From assembly GCA_964651395.1 (NCBI GenBank), contig CAZYXZ010000003.1:52227-116226 (forward strand): a stretch of 64,000 nucleotides of DNA. Direction: 5' to 3'. This DNA comes from an uncultured Frankiaceae bacterium. Its GTDB lineage: Bacteria > Actinomycetota > Actinomycetes > BP-191. Positions within the stretch are counted from its first letter, which is position 1. Each line of letters begins with the position of its first letter. The notes below the pieces were generated by a model, which was not told the DNA's origin, made no database searches, and worked only from the letters and a program-made list of their open reading frames with translations. Of this stretch, positions 48,575 to 56,950 are shown piece by piece. The position numbers and the translations under genes were made by a program.

Positions 48575-50422
48575 CTAGGTCGTAGGACTCATGTCGACGA
48601 AGCGGGAGTAGTGACCCTGGAAGGCGACGGTCACGGTGTTGGTCGGGCCGTTGCGGTGCTTGGCCACGATGAAGTCGGCCTCGCCGGCGCGCGCCGACTC
48701 CCGCTCGAATGCGTCCTCGCGGTACAGCAGGATCACGACGTCTGCGTCCTGCTCGAGACTGCCTGACTCTCTCAAGTCCGAGAGCTGCGGCTTCTTGTCG
48801 GAGCGCTGCTCAGGGGAACGGTTGAGCTGGCTGATCGCAACGACCGGGACGTCGAGCTCCTTGGCCAGCAGCTTCATCGACCGGGAGATCTCGCTGACCT
48901 CCTGCTGGCGGTTCTCGACGCGCTTCGGTGACGTCATCAGCTGCATGTAGTCGACGACGACGAGCTGGAGGTCGTGACGCTGCTTGAGCCGCCGCGCCTT
49001 CGCGCGGATCTCCATCATCGTGAGGTTCGGCGAGTCGTCGATGAACAGCGGCGCGTTGGCCACCTCGCCCATCCGCCTCGCGAGCCGGCCCCAGTCCTCC
49101 TCGCTCATCCGACCGGTGCGCATGCTCTGCAGGTGCACGCGCGCCTCGGCGGACAGCAGACGCATGGTGATCTCGAGCTTGCTCATCTCCAGCGAGAAGA
49201 TGACCGCCGGCAGCTGGTGCTTGATCGCCGCCGACCGCGCGATGTCGAGACCGAGCGTCGAGTTGTGCGTGGGGATCTTCGTGGGCCCGGCGAGGAACAG
49301 GTGGTCGGCGGCATCGACCTGCACGCACCGCACGGGCACGCTGGGCACCCGCCGGGCTCCCGTGACGAAGACCTCGCTGTCCCCCTCGCCGATCGCATGG
49401 TTCGGCGCGCCCGCGACGCGCAGCGTCGCGGCGATCTCGACCGTCGTGACCACGGCGGCAGCGGTGAAGGGTTCGGCTCGTGCGCCGACCGTGACCAACG
49501 CGCGGGCGCGTCGCCGAGTGTGCGTCGTCGTCAGCCACTGGTGCTGCGCGTCGGCGACGATCGTCGCGCCGTCGGAGAAGGTCAGCTCGAAGCACGCGCG
49601 AAGGTGCATGACCTCCGTCGCGGCCACCACCCGCGTCGGCTGACCTTCTGAGCCGAGCAGGAAGTCACCGACCTGTACCTCACCCATCGTGGTCCAGCCG
49701 GTGGGCGTGGGCAGCGGAGTGTCGAGGGCCAGCGCCTTACCCACCGCCGGGCGCGCGGCGAGGATGACGAGGTTGCCAGGGTGCAGGCCGTTGGTGAGCT
49801 TGTCGAGCTCGATGAAGCCGGTCGGTACGCCGGTCATGATGCCGTCGCGCGACTCGATCGACTCGATCTCGTGCAGGGTCGGCTGGAGCAGGTCCTCGAG
49901 GCGGATGTAGTCCTCGCTGGCCCGCCGCTCGGTCACATCGAAGATGGCCTGTTGCGCGCGGTCGACGATGTCGTCGACGTCCTGCCCGCGCCCGGCGAAG
50001 CCGAGCTGCACGATGCGCGTGCCGGCCTCGACCAGCCGGCGCAGGATCGCCTGCTCGGCCACGATCTTCGCGTAGTAGCCCGCGCTCGCCGCAGTCACGA
50101 CCGTCGAGACCAGGGTGTGCAGGTACGGCGCGCCGCCGGCCCGCGCGAGGTCGCCGCGCCGGTTGAGCTCGGCCATCACGGTCACCGCGTCGGCGGGGTC
50201 GCCGCGCGCGTAGAGGTCGAGCGCGGCCTCGTAGATGGTCTGGTGCGCCGGCCGGTAGAAGTCGGTCGGCTTGAGTACCTCGAGGACGTCGCTGATCGCG
50301 TCCTTCGACAGCAGCATCCCGCCGAGCACACCCTGTTCCGCCTCGATGTTCTGAGGGGGCGTGCGCTCGAACTCCGAGGGCGGCGCAGACGACGGGCCCG
50401 GCGCGTTGAGGTCGATGCTCAC
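48575..50422 (-). CDS. dnaB: Replicative DNA helicase DnaB, interrupted by a 158-aa mini-intein in the P-loop
   Basis: N-terminal DnaB domain, and Walker A AARPAVGK | intein | STLGLDIA. Intein block A is ALALDTPLPTPTGW, block B is LTTTHT, and the terminal blocks end ...HLFLAGPTKIPTHN with Ser at the +1 position. RecA-like C-terminal motifs are intact. Confidence 0.9.
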   Translation of the reverse strand: MSIDLNAPGPSSAPPSEFERTPPQNIEAEQGVLGGMLLSKDAISDVLEVLKPTDFYRPAHQTIYEAALDLYARGDPADAVTVMAELNRRGDLARAGGAPYLHTLVSTVVTAASAGYYAKIVAEQAILRRLVEAGTRIVQLGFAGRGQDVDDIVDRAQQAIFDVTERRASEDYIRLEDLLQPTLHEIESIESRDGIMTGVPTGFIELDKLTNGLHPGNLVILAARPAVGKALALDTPLPTPTGWTTMGEVQVGDFLLGSEGQPTRVVAATEVMHLRACFELTFSDGATIVADAQHQWLTTTHTRRRARALVTVGARAEPFTAAAVVTTVEIAATLRVAGAPNHAIGEGDSEVFVTGARRVPSVPVRCVQVDAADHLFLAGPTKIPTHNSTLGLDIARSAAIKHQLPAVIFSLEMSKLEITMRLLSAEARVHLQSMRTGRMSEEDWGRLARRMGEVANAPLFIDDSPNLTMMEIRAKARRLKQRHDLQLVVVDYMQLMTSPKRVENRQQEVSEISRSMKLLAKELDVPVVAISQLNRSPEQRSDKKPQLSDLRESGSLEQDADVVILLYREDAFERESARAGEADFIVAKHRNGPTNTVTVAFQGHYSRFVDMSPTT

Positions 50423-50672
50423 GGTCTCGCTCCCCCCTTCGAAATCGTCCTCGAAACAGGATCGAGCGGACCTGTGACAAGACTGCGAGGGGGCAGGCTA
50501 AGCAGCGCCGTGGGTGGGGACAAGGGCGCCGTCCACCGCCACCTGTGCGCAACGTGTGCACGCTCCGGCGCGGCGCTGTGTGCAAGGTGTGCACGCGTTG
50601 TGGACGGCGGTACGCCGCACCGCGCTGACCTGCGACAAGGAACGCACAGGCTGTGTGTGGAAGAAACTTCGC

Positions 50673-52034
50673 ATGAATCGAGCGCTGAGACCGCTACTCG
50701 CCGTCGCGGTCATCGCGCTGGCCGTTCCGCTGCCGAAGCTGTCGCGGCAGGCCCACGCTGCGCCGACCCGGGTCCCCATCGCGCAGTTCACCCCGCTGCC
50801 GGCCGCCCCGACCGTCTCACCCGCCGCGCGCGCGGTCCGCGACCAGCTGCTCGGCGACCACTGGGACGACCCGGCGTACGTGACGCTGCACTGGACCGGC
50901 GTGTCGAGCTTCGTCATCACGATCGGCGGCCACCTGCTGCTCTTCGACGCGTGGGAGATCATCGGCGCGGTCGAGGACTACCTGCCGCTCGGCCGCGAGG
51001 AGCTCGCCGCACTCGACCCCGAGGCGATCCTCGTCGGGCACGGCCACTTCGACCACGCCGGCGACCTCGGCTACGTCGCCGGCCTCGCCAACGCGGTCGT
51101 CGTCGGCAGTGAGGAAATCTGCACGGTCGGCGAGGAGGGCGCGGCACGCGAGGGCGTGCCCACCGACTTCACCTGCGCGATCACCGGCACGATGACCTCA
51201 CCGGCACCCGGTACGGCGGCGCCGCTCAAGCTCTTCGCCGACCTCGACCCGGTGACCGTCCTCCAGCACATCCACTCCAACACCAGCCCACCCGGCGGCG
51301 GCAACGAGCTCGACCCGTACGTGCCGGTCATGGACCCGCAGCCCTACATCGAGCACTTCCAGGACAACCCCGAGGAGCTGGAGCGCTTCCTCGCGCAGCA
51401 GAACGAGAGCAACCAGGGCGGCACCTGGCTCTACCACTTCCGGATCGGCGACTTCACGCTCGTCGTCGGCGACTCGGCCGGGCCGATCTTCGACCAGCCC
51501 GCGGTGCAGCAGGCGCTCGACGCCTTCCCCGGCTGCATCGACGTGCTGGCCAACGCGATCCTCGGCTTCGACCAGCCGGTCTCCGGCCTGCAGGACCCCC
51601 GCCTCTACGTCCAGTACGGCCACCCGAAGGTCTTCGTCCCGACGCACGGCGACGCGTGGGCGCCGGTCATCTCGGCCGGCCAGGCGGCCTACGCCGACGA
51701 GCTGGCCAGCCAGCTCAACGCGCTGCCCAACCCGCCGGAGATCGACCACCTGCTCGACCCGGCCGACTACCTGAAGGAGCGCGCGTACCGCGTCGCCGAC
51801 CCGAAGTGGGTCGCGCCGATGCCCGGCTCGAGCTGCGCCACGGCCGCCGGCGGACCGGCCACACCCGTCGTACCACCGGCGGCCCCGTCCCCTGCACCGG
51901 CACCGGGCGGACCGCCGATGCCCAGCACCGGTGCGTCGGGTACGACGGCCCTGCTCGGTCTGGCCTGTCTCCTGGTCGCGGGGCTGTTGCTTCAGCGCCG
52001 GCGCGCGGTGACCACCCAGCAGGCCGACGGATAG
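50673..52034 (+). CDS. MBL-fold metallo-hydrolase, secreted, with C-terminal hydrophobic anchor (possible sortase-type signal MPSTG)
   Basis: Signal peptide MNRALRPLLAVAVIALAVPLP. Contains HxHxDH (LVGHGHFDHAG). The C-terminus is PPMPSTGASGTTALLGLACLLVAGLLLQRRRA. Confidence 0.7.
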   Translation: MNRALRPLLAVAVIALAVPLPKLSRQAHAAPTRVPIAQFTPLPAAPTVSPAARAVRDQLLGDHWDDPAYVTLHWTGVSSFVITIGGHLLLFDAWEIIGAVEDYLPLGREELAALDPEAILVGHGHFDHAGDLGYVAGLANAVVVGSEEICTVGEEGAAREGVPTDFTCAITGTMTSPAPGTAAPLKLFADLDPVTVLQHIHSNTSPPGGGNELDPYVPVMDPQPYIEHFQDNPEELERFLAQQNESNQGGTWLYHFRIGDFTLVVGDSAGPIFDQPAVQQALDAFPGCIDVLANAILGFDQPVSGLQDPRLYVQYGHPKVFVPTHGDAWAPVISAGQAAYADELASQLNALPNPPEIDHLLDPADYLKERAYRVADPKWVAPMPGSSCATAAGGPATPVVPPAAPSPAPAPGGPPMPSTGASGTTALLGLACLLVAGLLLQRRRAVTTQQADG

Positions 52035-52858
52035 ACGACGCCGTCGGCCGTCACGTGCTCGGCGAGCGTCGTCCGTAGCGCCTCGAGCGCGCCGGCCTGC
52101 GCATCCGCGTCGAGGTCGCGGAGCATGAACCGCGCGAAGCCCAGGCCGCTGACGAACCGGTAGGCGTCGTCGAGGTCCCGGCCGAAGTACATGGGCTCGC
52201 TGCGCCCGCCCAGCGCGACGTCACCGAAACCGCCGGCGGTGAGGATCGTCCGCACGCGATCCGGATCGGAGAGCGAGAACGGGCCGGGCGCGTCCGGCGC
52301 GGGCGGTGGCATCGTGCGGCCCGCGGCGAGCGCCTGGCCGAACGCGAGGAACCAGTCGTTGAGCGGGATCGGCTGCCACACCAGCAGCGAGAGCCGCCCA
52401 CCCGGCCGCAGCGCGCGACCGATGTTGCTGAACGCCGCGACCGGGTCGGCGAAGAACATCGCGCCGGTCCGGCTCACCGCGACGTCGTACGACCCCGCGC
52501 CGAAATCGTGGATCTGCGCATCGGCCTGCAAGTACTCGGTGTTGTCCAGACCCTCCTCGCTCGCGCGCCGCCGGGCGACAGCGAGCATCCGCGACGACAG
52601 GTCCACGCCGAGGACGCGGCCCTCGGCGGCGAGCCGAGCCGCGTCGCGCGTGGTCTGGCCGTTGCCGCAGCCGATGTCCAGGACGCGGTCCGTCGCCTCG
52701 ATCCTCGCGGCCGCGAGGAACGGCTCCTGGTAGCGCTGGATGGCGGCGTCGAAGATCCGCTCCTCCTGCGCCCAGTACTCGCCGTCCTCGCCGTCCCAGG
52801 CGAGCAAGGCGTACCCGTTGTCCGGTGCGGTCGGGATGGTGGTGGGGGTGCTCGTCAT
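51992..52858 (-). CDS. Class I SAM-dependent methyltransferase
   Basis: AdoMet motif I VLDIGCGNGQ. Start is placed at ATG 52858 (MTSTPTT). Confidence 0.75.
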   Translation of the reverse strand: MTSTPTTIPTAPDNGYALLAWDGEDGEYWAQEERIFDAAIQRYQEPFLAAARIEATDRVLDIGCGNGQTTRDAARLAAEGRVLGVDLSSRMLAVARRRASEEGLDNTEYLQADAQIHDFGAGSYDVAVSRTGAMFFADPVAAFSNIGRALRPGGRLSLLVWQPIPLNDWFLAFGQALAAGRTMPPPAPDAPGPFSLSDPDRVRTILTAGGFGDVALGGRSEPMYFGRDLDDAYRFVSGLGFARFMLRDLDADAQAGALEALRTTLAEHVTADGVVYPSACWVVTARRR

Positions 52859-52874
52859 GGCGTCTCCTCCGGCT

Positions 52875-52915
52875 ATACTCCCTTTGGGAGTTATAAATAG
52901 TCCCTTTGGGAGCAA
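52875..52915. promoter_or_regulatory. Two copies of palindrome (C/G)TCCCTTTGGGAG flanking a TTATAAATAG -10-like element (candidate PadR operators)
   Basis: ctccctttgggag at 52878-52890 and gtccctttgggag at 52900-52912. They lie in the 73-bp divergent intergenic region between the methyltransferase and the PadR gene. Confidence 0.45.
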
Positions 52916-52931
52916 GAGTCAAGGAGTGCCG

Positions 52932-53567
52932 GTGACCACGACGTCGTACGCGATCCTCGGCCTGCTGGCGATCCAGTCGTGGACGTCGTACGAGCTGGTG
53001 CAGCAGGTCGCGCTGAGCACGCGCCGGATCTGGCCGCGCGCGCAGAGCAAGCTCTACGAGGAGCCGAAGAAGCTCGTCGCGCTCGGCTTCGCCCGCGCCG
53101 CCGAGGAGACCGTCGGCAAGCGCAAGCGGACCCGCTACACGATCACTCCGAAGGGTCGCCGTGCCCTGGCCGCGTGGGTGGCGGAGCCGGGCGCCGGGCC
53201 GGAGCTCGAGTTCGAGCAGCTGCTCAAGATCCACTTCGCGGACAGCGGCACGAAGGCGGACGTGCTGGCCAACCTCGAGGCAGCACGAGCGTGGGCGCAC
53301 GAGCAGAACGCCGAGAGCCTCCAGGTGGGGCGCGCGTACCTGGCCGGCGCCGACCCGTTCCCGGGACGCGCGCCGATCAACCAGCTGGTCGGCGGCTTCC
53401 TCACGCAGTTCTACGCACTTGTCGACGACTGGGCCGTCTGGGCGGGCGAGGTCGTGACCGACTGGCCGGACGACGTCACACAAGCCGAGCTCAACCTGCC
53501 CGAGCTGGCGGCCACGGTCCGCGTCGCGGAGCGGATCGCGAGCGGCGCGCCGGGGATGGCATCCTGA
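52932..53567 (+). CDS. PadR family transcriptional regulator
   Basis: GTG start after an AAGGAG RBS. Winged-HTH signature YAILGLLAIQSWTSYELVQQV...IWPRAQSKLYEEPKKLVALGF. Confidence 0.75.
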   Translation: MTTTSYAILGLLAIQSWTSYELVQQVALSTRRIWPRAQSKLYEEPKKLVALGFARAAEETVGKRKRTRYTITPKGRRALAAWVAEPGAGPELEFEQLLKIHFADSGTKADVLANLEAARAWAHEQNAESLQVGRAYLAGADPFPGRAPINQLVGGFLTQFYALVDDWAVWAGEVVTDWPDDVTQAELNLPELAATVRVAERIASGAPGMAS

Positions 53568-53572
53568 CGCCC

Positions 53573-54352
53573 ATGGAGATCTCGAACTCAGTAGCCATCG
53601 TCACCGGCGGAGCCTCCGGGCTCGGCGAAGCCACGTCCCGCGCCCTCGCGGCGCAGGGCGCCTTCGTCGTCGTCGCCGACCTGCAGGACGAGCGCGGCGA
53701 AGCGCTCGCGAAGGAGCTCGGCGGCGCGTTCGCGCACACCGACGTCACGTCGACCGAGCAGAACATCGCGACCGTCGACCAGGCGGCCGCCCACGGGCAG
53801 CTGCGCATCCTGGTCAACTGCGCGGGCGTGGGCTCCGCGTCGCGCATCGTCGGCCGCGACGGGAAGTACGAGTCGGCGTTCCCGATCGACCACTTCCGCA
53901 AGGTGATCGAGATCAACCTGGTCGGGACCTTCGACATGATGCGGCTCGCGGCGACGGCGATGAGCCGGCTCGAGCCGACCAACGCCGACGGCGCGAAGGG
54001 CGTGGTGATCAACACCGCGTCGGTGGCCGCGTTCGACGGCCAGATCGGGCAGTCGGCGTACACCGCGAGCAAGGCCGGCATCACGGGGCTGACCCTCACC
54101 GCGGCGCGCGACCTGGCGGCGGTCGGCGTCCGCGTGAACACCATCGCGCCCGGGCTGATCGACACGCCGATCTACGGCAGCGGCGAGGCCTCCGAGGCGT
54201 TCAAGGAGGGCCTGAAGAAGGACGTCGTCTTCCCGAAGCGGCTCGGCGAGGCGACCGAGTTCGCGCAGCTGGTGGTCGCCATGGTCGCGAACGACTACCT
54301 CAACGGCGAAGTCATCCGCCTCGACGGCGCCGCGAGGCTCGCACCCAAGTAG
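53573..54352 (+). CDS. SDR family oxidoreductase (3-hydroxyacyl-CoA dehydrogenase type-2-like)
   Basis: TGGASGLG cofactor motif, NAG-like segment (VNCAGV) and catalytic YxxxK (YTASKAG). Confidence 0.85.
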   Translation: MEISNSVAIVTGGASGLGEATSRALAAQGAFVVVADLQDERGEALAKELGGAFAHTDVTSTEQNIATVDQAAAHGQLRILVNCAGVGSASRIVGRDGKYESAFPIDHFRKVIEINLVGTFDMMRLAATAMSRLEPTNADGAKGVVINTASVAAFDGQIGQSAYTASKAGITGLTLTAARDLAAVGVRVNTIAPGLIDTPIYGSGEASEAFKEGLKKDVVFPKRLGEATEFAQLVVAMVANDYLNGEVIRLDGAARLAPK

Positions 54353-54370
54353 CCCCAGCAGCGTGCGGAG

Positions 54371-54817
54371 CTAGGCGGAGACGACCTCGACGGTGATCTT
54401 CGCGTCGACCTCGGCGTGCACCCGTACGCCGACCGTGTGCGTCCCGAGCGACTTGATCGGCGTCTCGATGTGCACCCGCCGCTTGTCCAGCGCCGGCCCG
54501 CCCGAGGACTTGACCGCGTCGACCACGTCGGAGGCCGTGACCGCACCGAAGAGCCGGCCGCCCGCGCCGGAGCGCATCGGCAGCTTCACGTCGAGCGACT
54601 GGAGCTGGGACGCGAGGTCCTGCGCCTGGCCGAGGTCGTGCACTTCCCGTACCTCGCGGGCCCGCTTGATCGTGGCGACCTGCTTCTCGGCGCCCTTGGT
54701 GGCGACGATCGCGAAGCCGCGCGGCACGAGGTAGTTGCGGCCGTAGCCGTCCTTGACCTCGACGATCTCGCCGGGCCCACCGAGGCCGGAGACCTCCTGC
54801 GTGAGGATCAGCTTCAT
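54371..54817 (-). CDS. rplI: 50S ribosomal protein L9
   Basis: MKLILTQEVSGLGGPGEIVEVKDGYGRNYLVPRGFA... is a classic L9 sequence. Confidence 0.9.
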   Translation of the reverse strand: MKLILTQEVSGLGGPGEIVEVKDGYGRNYLVPRGFAIVATKGAEKQVATIKRAREVREVHDLGQAQDLASQLQSLDVKLPMRSGAGGRLFGAVTASDVVDAVKSSGGPALDKRRVHIETPIKSLGTHTVGVRVHAEVDAKITVEVVSA

Positions 54818-54827
54818 CCCCGCGCCC

Positions 54828-55064
54828 CTATCGGGCGGTGCTGCTGTAGGGCAGCAGCGCCATCTCGCGGGAGTTCTTGACCGCGACGGCGACGTCGCGC
54901 TGGTGCTGGCTGCAGTTGCCGGACACGCGCCGCGCGCGGATCTTGCCGCGGTCGCTGATGAACTTCCGGAGCAGCCCGGTGTCCTTGTAGTCGACGTACG
55001 TGATCTTGTCCTTGCAGAAGACGCAGACCTTGCGCTTCGGCTTGCGGACCGGTGCCTTGGCCAT
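54828..55064 (-). CDS. rpsR: 30S ribosomal protein S18
   Basis: [51 protein letters not shown]... Confidence 0.9.
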   Translation of the reverse strand: MAKAPVRKPKRKVCVFCKDKITYVDYKDTGLLRKFISDRGKIRARRVSGNCSQHQRDVAVAVKNSREMALLPYSSTAR

Positions 55065-55108
55065 CGGGATTCGTCGCTTTCGTCAGTAAGGGGAAGGGAT
55101 GCGAGCCG

Positions 55109-55588
55109 CTAGAACGGCGGCTCGTCGGTGCTCGGTACGCCGGCGCCCGCCGTCGCCCACTGGTCCTCGGCCGGAGCCGACGCCGGTGCGCCGCCGAAGC
55201 CGCCGCCGCCGGGTGCCGCACCGCGCTGCTGGCGGTTGACCTTGGCGGTCGCGTACTTCAGCGAGGGACCGATCTCGTCGACCTCGACCTCGTAGACGGT
55301 GCGCTTCTCGCCTTCCTTGGTCTCGTACGAGCGCTGCTTGAGCCGCCCGGTGACGATGACCCGCATGCCGCGCTGGAGCGACTCGGCGACGTTCTCCGCG
55401 GCCTGGCGCCAGATCGAGCAGCGCAGGAACAGGGCGTCGCCGTCGCGCCACTCGTTGGTGGTCTTGTCGAGGAACCGCGGCGTGGAGGCCACGGTGAAGT
55501 TGGCCACGGCCGCCCCGTTGGGGGTGAACCGCAGCTCCGGGTCGTCGGTGAGGTTCCCGACCAGGGTGATCGTCGTGTCGTTGGCCAT
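55109..55588 (-). CDS. ssb: Single-stranded DNA-binding protein
   Basis: OB-fold N-terminus [34 protein letters not shown]..., a Gly-rich tail and the acidic C-terminus DEPPF. Confidence 0.9.
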   Translation of the reverse strand: MANDTTITLVGNLTDDPELRFTPNGAAVANFTVASTPRFLDKTTNEWRDGDALFLRCSIWRQAAENVAESLQRGMRVIVTGRLKQRSYETKEGEKRTVYEVEVDEIGPSLKYATAKVNRQQRGAAPGGGGFGGAPASAPAEDQWATAGAGVPSTDEPPF

Positions 55589-55684
55589 GTGAGTCCTTTG
55601 CCCTTCCGCCCTAGTCGGGCTGGTGCCGGGCTGCGGCGGGTGCCGGAGCCATGAGGGGAAGGGTTCGTGTCGGGTGTCCGGGGG

Positions 55685-55975
55685 CTAGCGGAGCTCGGGT
55701 CGCAGCACCTTCGTGCGCATGACGACCTCGTTGAGGTTGAGCTGGCGGTCCAGCTCCTTGACGGTCGCCGGCTCGGCCTGGAGGTCGACGACGGCGTAGA
55801 TGCCTTCCCACCGCTTGTCGATCTCGAACGACAGGCGGCGCCGGCCCCAGATGTCGATCTTCTCCACGGTCCCGCCGTCGTCCTTGACGACCTTGAGGAA
55901 CGTGTCGAGCGCCGGTCCTACCAAGCGCTCTTCGAGGTCCGGGCTGAGGATGAGCATCAGCTCGTAGTGACGCAA
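55685..55975 (-). CDS. rpsF: 30S ribosomal protein S6
   Basis: TTG start ([15 protein letters not shown]...) 8 nt after a GGAGGTGG RBS; 96 aa. Confidence 0.85.
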   Translation of the reverse strand: MRHYELMLILSPDLEERLVGPALDTFLKVVKDDGGTVEKIDIWGRRRLSFEIDKRWEGIYAVVDLQAEPATVKELDRQLNLNEVVMRTKVLRPELR

Positions 55976-56155
55976 AACAGTCCACCTCCTTCGGTCTAAG
56001 CGGTCACGGTCGATCCGTGACAGGAGGCTGTCCGCGTCGCGAACAAGTGCGAAACCTAACACGCGGCCCCCGGGCCGAACGAACCCGAAGACGACAGTAG
56101 GGGCCACGTCCGACAGTCCCCGCCGTACGCCGGACGGGCTGTGGACGGGCGGGCG

Positions 56156-56878
56156 TCAGTCCTTGGCGGTGGGGACGGACAGCAGCACCCGCACCTCGGC
56201 CGTGCCCACGCCCAGCAGCGCGATCACGGCCAGCGCGATGGGCAGGCCGCGCTCCCGGTGGGTCGGCTCGGCACCCTTCAGCCCGCCGAAGCCCAGCTCG
56301 AGCGGGGCCGGGGTCACGGCGGGCTCGACGTGCCGGGTCGGCAGCTGGGTCTGCGGGGTAAGGGGGGCGCTGCGCGACGGCGAGGGCTTCGCGGTCGCCG
56401 ACGGCGTACGGCTGGGCGTCCGGGTCGGCGTCGGGGAAGGCGCGACCGAGGGGCTGACCGAGGGCTTGGGCGTCGGCTTCGGGGTCGGCTTCGCGGAGGG
56501 ACTGGCCGGCGGCGTCGGCGACGCGGCCCCACGGACGACGACCGTGCCGCTCATGCCCGACCCGGGACCGCCGTGCGTCTGGCAGTAGTAGCCGTAGGTG
56601 CCGGGCGACTCGAACGTGTAGGCGGTGCTCTGCCCCGAGAAGCCGATGCTGTTGTTCTTCGCCCAGTTGTTCGTGGACGCGGTGACCGTGTGGTTGAGCC
56701 CGCCGTTGTTGGTCCAGGTCACCGTGTCGCCGACGTCCACCGTCACCGAGGCCGGCGAGAAGGTGTTGCCACCCGTGGTCTGCACCGCCGCGTCGTCGGC
56801 CCACGCGGGCAGGCCGGCCAGCCCCAGCACCGGCGCGGCGAGCAGCGCGGCGAGGGCGGTCCGGCGTACGGCGGTCAT
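56156..56878 (-). CDS. Cupredoxin (plastocyanin/pseudoazurin-like blue copper) domain protein with Pro/Ser/Thr-rich linker and C-terminal TM anchor
   Basis: Signal peptide MTAVRRTALAALLAAPVLGLAGLPAWA. Cu ligands YGYYCQTHGGPGSGM. Linker PTPKPTPKPS.... C-terminal TM segment GLPIALAVIALLGVG. The long ORF 56156..58393 is otherwise antisense to the aldehyde dehydrogenase gene. Confidence 0.7.
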   Translation of the reverse strand: MTAVRRTALAALLAAPVLGLAGLPAWADDAAVQTTGGNTFSPASVTVDVGDTVTWTNNGGLNHTVTASTNNWAKNNSIGFSGQSTAYTFESPGTYGYYCQTHGGPGSGMSGTVVVRGAASPTPPASPSAKPTPKPTPKPSVSPSVAPSPTPTRTPSRTPSATAKPSPSRSAPLTPQTQLPTRHVEPAVTPAPLELGFGGLKGAEPTHRERGLPIALAVIALLGVGTAEVRVLLSVPTAKD

Positions 56879-56950
56879 GGGGCAAGTGTGGCATCCGGCG
56901 GGACCGGCCCGCTCTGGCACGGGTGCAGGCCCCCGCGTAGCGTTCGAGCC

